This document shows positions 5,781 to 13,934 of a stretch of 32,000 nt of DNA, piece after piece (position 1 is the stretch's first letter; each line of letters opens with the position of its first letter). The notes under the pieces were generated by a model. That model was not told the origin of the DNA, did not search any database, and saw nothing but the letters and a program-made list of their open reading frames with translations. Source of the stretch: an uncultured Candidatus Saccharibacteria bacterium (GTDB lineage Bacteria > Patescibacteriota > UBA1384 > XYA2-FULL-43-10 > 1-14-0-10-43-13); the NCBI GenBank assembly GCA_964543385.1, contig CAZIYE010000001.1, positions 570,001 to 602,000 of the forward strand. Reading direction: 5' to 3'. A program made the translations under genes and the position numbers.

Positions 5781-8700
5781 ATGACTACAGAAGATGGGGA
5801 CAAACCAATTGCGGTAGCCGAAAATCCCGCAGAAGGAAGCGAACTGGAGGAAATCGAAGCATCGGATACCGCTTTGCTGCACAGTGATTTTGATGTGGCT
5901 GTTTCTGAGGTTGTGAGTCGACAGGAAATAGCGGCTGCAGTTTTTGATGAAGAACAAACCATTTTATCGCAGGCAAGCTCAACGGAAGAATTTATTGGAA
6001 TTGAGAATGAGACAATCCCGATCGAATTAGTGGCTAGTATCCAGGGGATTGAAAAATTATTTGAAGAAATTGACGTAATTGATATTAAGGAATTCCCATC
6101 ACTGATCCTTAAAATCAAGATACTTGCTGATGAAGCAAAAAAATTGCTCAAAAAGTCAGAGGATGGTCTTCAGGCTAGTGGAGGTGAACTTCTTGGTATT
6201 GAAAGTGAAATCAAGAAAAAAACAACTACTCTGAGTGAGGAAAATGAAAAAGATTTTTGGGGAAAACTTTTCCGCATTGGAGAGCGCAGTTCGCTTAAGA
6301 AAGCAATAAAAGATTTGAAGGTCAAAGAAGGCAAAATTTCTACGATTAAAGATGATCAATTAGGCAGAAAAACTGATGCCGAAAAATTATTAAGAAAAGT
6401 TGAAAAATATCTTGATGATACCATTGTCAAACTTGTCACTAAGATTTTCCAAAGTTTAAAAGCTGAAACTGAAAAAACTAGAGAAAAAATGACTGATCCG
6501 CGGCTAAGAGCTGGTATGAATGAGCAGCTCGTCGATTCAGAATTTTTACCACTTTTTGAGCAACTAAAATTAGAGGGGAAATATTTTAGCGATGAGGAGA
6601 TATCCTTTTATCTGCAGCACAGAAAAGAAATTGCCAGAGACGGGATTCAAGATACGTATAGTATGTCAGCTGAAGATCGAGAAGCATATGAAGCCAAATT
6701 TGATCAAATCAGAAAATTAGAGGAAAGAAGTGGCTATAAATTATACTGGAAGTCAACGGCCCTGAGTCTCGATCCTGATCGAGGTTCGACACCAGATGAG
6801 AGATATGACGATATTTTCAAATTGTTAACAGAAATAGGTTTGCGCCAAAAAGTTGATGCCGTTCTTGATCTTGTGGGTGATCTTGGTATAAGCACTGAAG
6901 CAAAAACGAAAATCTATACTGAAACGAAGAAGGAGTTCTTGGAATATTATTATAGTTATCAAGATCTAGATAAACGCCCAGACATTCAAGTCTACGCTGA
7001 TTTTTGTGAAATGCCGGGAGAATTGGGAAGATGGCAAACAACTAGGGATATTTGTATAGAGTCCGGCCTGATTGATGAGGCAACTTTCCATCAAGCCGAG
7101 GAAATACTAATAGACTATTTACAGCAAAAATATCTTAGTAAAAAAGGTGGGGAACCAGATACACAAGTCGAACAGGTTTTTAACTTGGGTAATCCCGGGG
7201 TAATCCCCGTTCTTTATCAGTTTGTAGTTTTGCACGGTAGCCACTCAGGCGAACGGGCAATGAGGCGTCTTCTTACGCTAATAGACGAAAAATATTCCCA
7301 CGAAGAGGTGCTACAGTCAACCAAAGATTTGCCAGGTGATGACCAAAAAATTTTTGAGTTGCTCCTTGATAAGGACTCATGTCTTAATAGATTTGCTAGA
7401 GAAAGCTATTTATGGACAATGTTTGGTTACCTGGGAGATCCAAAAAAAACTCTGAGGAATGAGGCATACACCCAGAAATTGCTTGATAGTGGATACCCAG
7501 AAGACAAAGCAGCCGAGTTTTTTACCGGTAGGTGGTGGGGGAAGGACTTACTTATCGGTTGCGTTGAAATTGCCGAGGTCTTGGGCATAGATAAGGAGAT
7601 AATTATCGAAGATTATTTCAAAGACATCACTCGTTCAGTTTACCTTGAAAGTCCAGATTCTTTAGAGATTATTGGGTTAGTAGCAAAAGAGCTGGGAGTG
7701 CCAGCTCTAGAAATTTATCACCGCATTGAGTCTGAGATGGTGCGAAGTAAAGAAGATAAGCAAAGCGTTCATTCTCCGCAGGGCATTATTGAATCTTGCA
7801 GAGTTTTGTCTGACATTACCGGCGAAAGCTTGAAAGCTGTGGTTGATCGATACTATCCAATCAAGGCTATTCCAACGTATCAAGAAAAGTACGCTGAAAT
7901 ATTTGAGGAATTAGCACAGATACTAGAGGTGCCAGTCGGCTCTCTTGTTTTAGAGAATCTCTTACCACAATTGTCATCCAAAAGGGGAGATAGAGGCGGA
8001 CTCTATATTGTCAATAGCAAGGATAAAAGAAATTTTTTATTCAATTCTGTTAGCTCTTTTTTACAAACCAATCCCGTACTTAGTTCCACAGAAGATTATT
8101 GCAAAATTTTCAACCTATTCGATGAATTAAATAAAGATTGGTTGGGCTCTGATTTTGAAAAATTTTCTGATGAAGAAAAAGAGAAGATAAATTCAGGCAA
8201 AGTTGATCTTGCTAGATCCTTTGGAGAGATTTTAGCAAAAGGCGGAAATCGAGAAGAGATTATTCGGGCAATTCGGGCATTTGCTCCGGTTATATCTCTG
8301 GATGACTCAAAGTATGCTGAAATATTTACTCTTTTGGCTGAAACAATGGAAATGGCTCCAGAGTCGTTGGTATCAGAAACGCTTATTTTCGACGAAAAGC
8401 TCGGACTTATTCTACCAAAAATCAAAAAAAGTGACTCAAGGTGTTTGATCGGAAAGGCACTTTTTGAATTGGCCAAAACCGATCGAGTCCTAAGTTCTGC
8501 CAAAGAGATTAAAAAAGTTTTTAATGCTTTGTCGGCCCTCCAGTTGATTGGGGCAGAAGAAGATCCATCTGATGAAGAAATCAAGGTTATTTTTGAAACA
8601 AAGGAATACCTGATTGGCTATGTGAGGGAAAAAATGAAGAATGATCCAAATAAAATAGACATAATTGGAACACTTATTTCCCTCAAATCAGTTACCTTCC

Positions 8701-11408
8701 AAGACTTGTTGCTATTTTCATCTTTCCGAGAAGAATTTCCTGACTCGCAGACCTTTGAAAAGATTTTTTCGGATGGTTTAATTGCAATTGATCCTAATTT
8801 GCAGGAAATTTTTGATAATCCTAGGAAACTCGGCACAATGAGACCGCAAATTATTTCAAAAATTATCGATTATATTGAGGAGGCTTACAAGGGAGAGGAG
8901 ATTGATAATGAAAAAATAGCCAAGGAACTTCTTTCTTTGCTGAATAATATTCGTCATATCTTCGAAAGTAGTGATTCCACGATTATAGAAAAGCGTTCTC
9001 TCTTCTTGGAGAAATATACTTTAGAAGATGCCAAAGATCCTGATTTTAAAATTGCAGTCGAATCATTAATGGAACAAGGGCTGTCATTGCACGAAGCGAT
9101 TAAGCAGCTTGTTCAGGGTGATTTTGAAGATATTTTAATCGCCTCTGGTAGTATTGATATGCAAAAACACTACAAAAAGAAGCTGAAAGACCCAAATATA
9201 TCAGAAGAAGATCGGTTGGACTTAGAGAAAAAGCTTAAGTGGATGAAAGAGGCGTACCTACAAGCTGACCAGAGAAATAGAGAAATTTTTCAACGACTGC
9301 AGAGAGGGGGCCTGACAGAAGAGGAAAGAGCAGAAATTGCTTGTCCGCTAGCAACAAGTGTATCCCAAGTTGGTCCTCCAGATGTCACTTACCCGATCCT
9401 TGACCAAGGCACTCTATGTGATGCTTTACTTGGTGAAATTGCTAAAGACCAGGAGAATAATCTTGGAGCTCATATTTCAAAAACAAGTCGTGTACCAGGA
9501 GATAGAAGTACTTTGGCTGGTAGATTGCCTTCTTATGGTAATCCTCATGGCACTCAGGTCAACCGTATCTATGGAGATGTCAGTGCTAATAAATATCAGT
9601 CATATGGACCGGATGGTACAGCAGAAACACACTTTCAGATGGGGCCAGCTCATCAATGCATTATGCTCGGTCTCCCCAGTACCGAAATATCTGCCATTGT
9701 TATTTCTGATACCTCCTTTCTTGCGGACCAAAAGAAGTACATTGCCATGAAAAACTTGTTTATTCCAATTCTCGATTCCAGTGGCAATAATCTCTGGACT
9801 CCTGAAGAGTTCGATCAAATGAAAATATTTTATTATGCGCTGAATTATAAGGGCTATCCCTTAGCCGTTATTGATAATGTTTATAAATATTATCTGGAAC
9901 TAAATCAGACAACTGAGAAAACAAAACATAATATTGTCTTGAATAAGGCCGTTGATTTGGTTAAAAAGCAGATAGAAAATGATGAACAAGGTTTTGAGGA
10001 TTTGGCGGTGCTCGTTGACTTCTTGAAGAGCAATGATCTTAACACCAAGGATATTCAATGGTATGAGGAGGCAGATTTCGAGCAAGTGATGCAAATGGTT
10101 GAAGAAAATGTCGGCGCAAAAAATCGTTGGAAAGCGAGGGATATACTCTTCATATATCCGGATGACCAAGCTAAAACTCATAGAACAATTGGCGATAGCG
10201 TTGATTATGAAAGGCAGATAACGAGGCGTCCCCATGGTTTCATCGACTCATTTCTGGACGATCAGCTTGGATACATTTCCCCTGGAAATATAGATGAAAG
10301 ACGAGCTGCCGAAGGCCACCTAACAAGTTTAATGTTCCGCGATTCGATTTCAAGGCAGGCGCGAGAAGGCATAATTGTTGATGACGTGATTGAAACTGCA
10401 GAGTATATGACAGAAAAGAAGAAGGAGCTGATGGTCAAGATTTGGGAAGACGCATGGGAAGATATATTGAAGATGGATTCCATTGATAAAGCTATGGCGG
10501 GGCTTTATAAAAAGGCAATAATCCCAGTTGTGACTGGTAGCGGTGGCCGAGGAGAGATAACGTTGGGCTCAGATTTGGATTATTCACTTCTAGTTGATGA
10601 TGATCACTTGTTGGAAATACTTCCGGAGAGAACTGATCTAGCTCAATTTATTAAAGATCTTGGTAATTTTGTTAATAATGTTCTGGCCATATCAATTAAT
10701 AAGTCTTTAGGTGAAGCGGGGATCAGAGCTGATGCTGGATTGGCACGGAAAGACCGGCAACCGTTTAGCCTGATTAGTCGGATTCGGCAATTTGAGATTA
10801 ATCCTTCTCAGGGCCGCCAGGAAGAAGAGCCGACTGAGATTATTAGTAATTATCCTCTTTTTGCAGAACACCAAGGGATTGTAGCTAAATGCAAGGAAGA
10901 TCTGATTGTTCACAATCAATCTGCCCATCTACTAGACTCATATATTCTTCGAGATCTGGAAACTGGCTTTGGAAAGGCTTCTTTCACGGCTGAATTTGAG
11001 AAATTATATGCCTGTGCAGCAAGTGGAGAATTATTGCAAAAAATTAAAGAATCACTCCAGCGTTCGTTAGTCTTCAAAATTAACTATCTTCTCTTTTCTG
11101 CTTTTGACAAGGGAACTATAGATCCGAGTGAGGCTAGTAAAATCCCTTCTGGAACGATTGATACAATTAATTTTCTTAAAGATCATAAAATTTTGACTGA
11201 TCAAGAAGCGGAAATTTGTATTGAATTATGGGCAATCACTTACAAAATTAGATTTTTGGGGGAAGTATTCTCTCCAGAAGGTCAGAATGCAGATGAGCTC
11301 AAGAAGGTGAAGAATATTACATTCAAACTAGATGATATATCCTTTGCCGAAAGAGTTCGCCTTTTCGATCTGCTTAAGCTTTTCAAGGATAATGTACTTT
11401 ATAAATAG
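5781..11408 (+). CDS. Giant (1875 aa) soluble protein. C-terminal GlnD/GlnE/DUF294-type nucleotidyltransferase with a helical substrate-binding-like domain; the N-terminal ~1550 aa are unassigned
   Basis: Single uninterrupted ORF with an ATG start. I saw no signal peptide or hydrophobic TM segment. The Pol-beta NTase signature GSGGRGEITLGSDLDYSLLVDD is at 10536-10601 (G1586...D1598, D1600). The downstream helical region resembles DUF294_C/GlnD substrate-binding domains. The N-terminus is acidic and helical with internal repeats. Confidence 0.85.
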   Translation: MTTEDGDKPIAVAENPAEGSELEEIEASDTALLHSDFDVAVSEVVSRQEIAAAVFDEEQTILSQASSTEEFIGIENETIPIELVASIQGIEKLFEEIDVIDIKEFPSLILKIKILADEAKKLLKKSEDGLQASGGELLGIESEIKKKTTTLSEENEKDFWGKLFRIGERSSLKKAIKDLKVKEGKISTIKDDQLGRKTDAEKLLRKVEKYLDDTIVKLVTKIFQSLKAETEKTREKMTDPRLRAGMNEQLVDSEFLPLFEQLKLEGKYFSDEEISFYLQHRKEIARDGIQDTYSMSAEDREAYEAKFDQIRKLEERSGYKLYWKSTALSLDPDRGSTPDERYDDIFKLLTEIGLRQKVDAVLDLVGDLGISTEAKTKIYTETKKEFLEYYYSYQDLDKRPDIQVYADFCEMPGELGRWQTTRDICIESGLIDEATFHQAEEILIDYLQQKYLSKKGGEPDTQVEQVFNLGNPGVIPVLYQFVVLHGSHSGERAMRRLLTLIDEKYSHEEVLQSTKDLPGDDQKIFELLLDKDSCLNRFARESYLWTMFGYLGDPKKTLRNEAYTQKLLDSGYPEDKAAEFFTGRWWGKDLLIGCVEIAEVLGIDKEIIIEDYFKDITRSVYLESPDSLEIIGLVAKELGVPALEIYHRIESEMVRSKEDKQSVHSPQGIIESCRVLSDITGESLKAVVDRYYPIKAIPTYQEKYAEIFEELAQILEVPVGSLVLENLLPQLSSKRGDRGGLYIVNSKDKRNFLFNSVSSFLQTNPVLSSTEDYCKIFNLFDELNKDWLGSDFEKFSDEEKEKINSGKVDLARSFGEILAKGGNREEIIRAIRAFAPVISLDDSKYAEIFTLLAETMEMAPESLVSETLIFDEKLGLILPKIKKSDSRCLIGKALFELAKTDRVLSSAKEIKKVFNALSALQLIGAEEDPSDEEIKVIFETKEYLIGYVREKMKNDPNKIDIIGTLISLKSVTFQDLLLFSSFREEFPDSQTFEKIFSDGLIAIDPNLQEIFDNPRKLGTMRPQIISKIIDYIEEAYKGEEIDNEKIAKELLSLLNNIRHIFESSDSTIIEKRSLFLEKYTLEDAKDPDFKIAVESLMEQGLSLHEAIKQLVQGDFEDILIASGSIDMQKHYKKKLKDPNISEEDRLDLEKKLKWMKEAYLQADQRNREIFQRLQRGGLTEEERAEIACPLATSVSQVGPPDVTYPILDQGTLCDALLGEIAKDQENNLGAHISKTSRVPGDRSTLAGRLPSYGNPHGTQVNRIYGDVSANKYQSYGPDGTAETHFQMGPAHQCIMLGLPSTEISAIVISDTSFLADQKKYIAMKNLFIPILDSSGNNLWTPEEFDQMKIFYYALNYKGYPLAVIDNVYKYYLELNQTTEKTKHNIVLNKAVDLVKKQIENDEQGFEDLAVLVDFLKSNDLNTKDIQWYEEADFEQVMQMVEENVGAKNRWKARDILFIYPDDQAKTHRTIGDSVDYERQITRRPHGFIDSFLDDQLGYISPGNIDERRAAEGHLTSLMFRDSISRQAREGIIVDDVIETAEYMTEKKKELMVKIWEDAWEDILKMDSIDKAMAGLYKKAIIPVVTGSGGRGEITLGSDLDYSLLVDDDHLLEILPERTDLAQFIKDLGNFVNNVLAISINKSLGEAGIRADAGLARKDRQPFSLISRIRQFEINPSQGRQEEEPTEIISNYPLFAEHQGIVAKCKEDLIVHNQSAHLLDSYILRDLETGFGKASFTAEFEKLYACAASGELLQKIKESLQRSLVFKINYLLFSAFDKGTIDPSEASKIPSGTIDTINFLKDHKILTDQEAEICIELWAITYKIRFLGEVFSPEGQNADELKKVKNITFKLDDISFAERVRLFDLLKLFKDNVLYK

Positions 11409-11482
11409 ACTATTTAAATTGTTCTTCTGCTCAATTATGTAAGTTGATATTGGGCACAGTGGTTGTTAGGATATTCAGATAA

Positions 11483-12850
11483 ATGAAAAAAATGAACAAA
11501 AAACAATCTGTTGCCCTAAGCTCGGTTTTTGCTAGTTTTGGTTTGACGGCTATGAAGTTAGTTGTAGGTATCGCTACTGGCAGTATGGGTATAATCTCTG
11601 AGGCAGCTCACTCAGCATTGGATTTTGTTGCCGCTTTAATGACCTATTTCGCAGTTAACATTGGAGATAAACCTGCTGATAAGAGGCACCCTTATGGCCA
11701 TGCTAAGGTTGAAAGTGTCTCTGCACTCTTAGAGACATGTTTGCTTGTCCTTACTAGCGCGTGGATAATCTATGAGGCAGTAAAAAGGTTAATTCACGGC
11801 AAATCGGAGGTTGAAGTTGCTTGGTATTCATTCACTGTGATAATAATCTCTATTGTCGTGGACATATCTCGGTCTAGAGCACTTTCTAAGGTTGCAAAAG
11901 AGACTAAAAGCCAGGCTCTGGAAGCCGACGCTTTACATTTCAGTTCAGACATTTTAAGCTCCTTGGTCGTTCTGGTGGGATTAATCTTTGTTTATTTCGG
12001 CAATACCACAGCTGACTCAATCGCAGCGATCATAGTTTCTTTTGTAGTACTATATGCTGCCTATGATCTAGGGCGTAAGACAATTAACGTTTTAGTAGAT
12101 ACTGCTCCAGAGGGTTTGGTTGATGAAATAAATCAGGCTGCCAGTAGTGTTGCCGGTGTCATAGGAGTTGAAAAAATTCGTGCCAGAGCAGTTGGGGCGG
12201 CAGTAATCATCGATATCACAGTATATCTGCACAGAAAAAACAATCTTCTCCTAACTCAAAAAATCTGCCAGCAAATAGAGGATAAAATAAAAAAAGATTT
12301 TTCCGATTCCGATATTACTATTCATACTAAACCTCTGCCACTAAATAGCGAAACAATTTTCGAAAGGGTTCAATTAATTGCCTCGACACATGGTCTCGCG
12401 GCCCATAATATTATTTTACACAGAGACTTCAAGGGCAAAAAATTAGACTTTGATCTTGAGGTTGATGGTAATTTAAACTTGCAAGAGGCTCACAGAATAG
12501 CTTCAGATTTGGAAAGAGAGATAGAAGCTGAATTCGGGGATATAGAAATAAATAGTCATATAGAACCACTGAAATCCGAGATTATCTCCGGGAAAAATGT
12601 AAGTGGAGTGAAAGAGGCGAAGTTAAAAAACAAAATTTTACTTATAACAAGAAACATTCCTCTCATAAGAGACATTCATGATATTTCAATAATTGAGGAT
12701 AATGATAAACTTTTCATTTCCCTCCATTGTCTATTCGACAAAAATTCTTCTCTGGATGAAGTTCACAGCGTAACGAGTAGACTTGAATACACAATTCGCG
12801 AAAATATGTCTGAGGTCTCCAAGGTTTCTATCCACGCTGAGCCAGCCTAA
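11483..12850 (+). CDS. Cation diffusion facilitator (CDF) family metal transporter with three tandem cytoplasmic domains
   Basis: 455 aa with six predicted TM helices. Site-A motifs are HSALD (TM2) and HFSSD (TM5). Three successive CTD-like modules follow, each ending in an H-x-[EK]-P motif (ITIHTKPL, INSHIEPL, VSIHAEPA). Confidence 0.88.
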   Translation: MKKMNKKQSVALSSVFASFGLTAMKLVVGIATGSMGIISEAAHSALDFVAALMTYFAVNIGDKPADKRHPYGHAKVESVSALLETCLLVLTSAWIIYEAVKRLIHGKSEVEVAWYSFTVIIISIVVDISRSRALSKVAKETKSQALEADALHFSSDILSSLVVLVGLIFVYFGNTTADSIAAIIVSFVVLYAAYDLGRKTINVLVDTAPEGLVDEINQAASSVAGVIGVEKIRARAVGAAVIIDITVYLHRKNNLLLTQKICQQIEDKIKKDFSDSDITIHTKPLPLNSETIFERVQLIASTHGLAAHNIILHRDFKGKKLDFDLEVDGNLNLQEAHRIASDLEREIEAEFGDIEINSHIEPLKSEIISGKNVSGVKEAKLKNKILLITRNIPLIRDIHDISIIEDNDKLFISLHCLFDKNSSLDEVHSVTSRLEYTIRENMSEVSKVSIHAEPA

Positions 12851-12858
12851 TTTGATAT

Positions 12859-12880
12859 AGGCAAAAATGCCTTTCATTTT
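12859..12880 (+). terminator. Weak hairpin plus T-tract after the CDF gene
   Basis: AGGCA (12859-12863), AAAA, TGCCT (12868-12872), followed by TTCATTTT. The stem is only 5 bp. Confidence 0.3.
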
Positions 12881-12906
12881 AATACAGCTTGGGATATATT
12901 TAAGCC

Positions 12907-13920
12907 ATGGATAGTGAACTCAAAAAATTAGTTCTCATTGACTCAAACGCGATCATTCATCGTGCTTATCATGCTTTGCCAAAGACTATGTCTACTAGAA
13001 AAGGTGAATTAACGAATGTAGTTTATGGTTATACCACAACACTCATAAAAGTTTTAGAAGATATAAAACCTGATTATATTGCTGCCTCTTTTGATATTTC
13101 CAAGGCGACATTTCGAACGCAGGAGTATGCTGAATACAAGGCGCATAGAGTGAAAGCCGACCAGGAATTATATGACCAAATACCAAGAGTGCGGCAACTT
13201 TTGGAAGTTTTGAATATTCCGACATATGAGATGGAAGGCTTTGAAGCTGATGATTGTATCGGTACTATCTCCAATATGTTCGAAGAAAGAAGTCCTCAAC
13301 AAAAGTTTAAAGGCTTCAAAGTATATATTGTAACGGGGGATAAGGATGCCTTTCAGCTCATCGACGGGAACATATTCGTCTACGATCTTAAAAAGGGTCT
13401 CTCCGTCGCCCAAATCATTAATAGAAAAGTGATTGAGATAGAATGGGCGCTACAGCCAGAGGATTTTATTGATCTAAAAGCACTGGCAGGAGATCCTTCG
13501 GATAACATTCCTGGAGTGCCAGGGATAGGCCCAAAAACAGCCATTGATTTGTTGCAAAGATTTGATACTTTAATAAAACTATATGAACAGATTGAATCAA
13601 GGGATTTAAATTCCGAGGATAGCAAACAATTTGATTTGACAGCCAAAGAGCTTAATCTAAAGCCCCGTATTCTCAAACTTCTTATTGACCACAAAGACCA
13701 AGCGTTTCTTTCCCAGCGTCTTGCTACTATCCGACGTGATGTACCGTTAGATTTCAATCTTGAAGATTGTAAATGGGGAGACTATGATAAGGAGAAGGTC
13801 CAGGATTTTTTTGAGGAAATGCAATTTCATTCATTGCTTCGGAGGTTTGGGGCAGAAAGAGCTGTAGAGCCGAAAACAAAAGAGCAAAAAGAAAAAGATG
13901 AGCAATTAAAGTTACTTTAA
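12907..13920 (+). CDS. Stand-alone 5'-3' exonuclease / flap endonuclease (Pol I N-terminal domain homolog)
   Basis: 337 aa. LVLIDSNAIIHRAYHALP, FRTQEYAEYKAHR, EGFEADDCIG, VTGDKDAFQL, and the H3TH motif LAGDPSDNIPGVPGIGPKTA. It ends with the usual domain-terminal FFEEMQFHSLLRRF. Confidence 0.9.
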   Translation: MDSELKKLVLIDSNAIIHRAYHALPKTMSTRKGELTNVVYGYTTTLIKVLEDIKPDYIAASFDISKATFRTQEYAEYKAHRVKADQELYDQIPRVRQLLEVLNIPTYEMEGFEADDCIGTISNMFEERSPQQKFKGFKVYIVTGDKDAFQLIDGNIFVYDLKKGLSVAQIINRKVIEIEWALQPEDFIDLKALAGDPSDNIPGVPGIGPKTAIDLLQRFDTLIKLYEQIESRDLNSEDSKQFDLTAKELNLKPRILKLLIDHKDQAFLSQRLATIRRDVPLDFNLEDCKWGDYDKEKVQDFFEEMQFHSLLRRFGAERAVEPKTKEQKEKDEQLKLL

Positions 13921-13934
13921 AGTCAAAAAATACT

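Noticed and set aside
5747-6151. 134-aa Ser-rich minus-strand ORF, plus other antisense ORFs inside the giant gene (for example 8096-8584 and 9900-10235)
   Set aside because: These are shadow ORFs opposite a long, coherent plus-strand frame. They are compositionally biased (Ser/Ile/Phe) and no family is recognisable.
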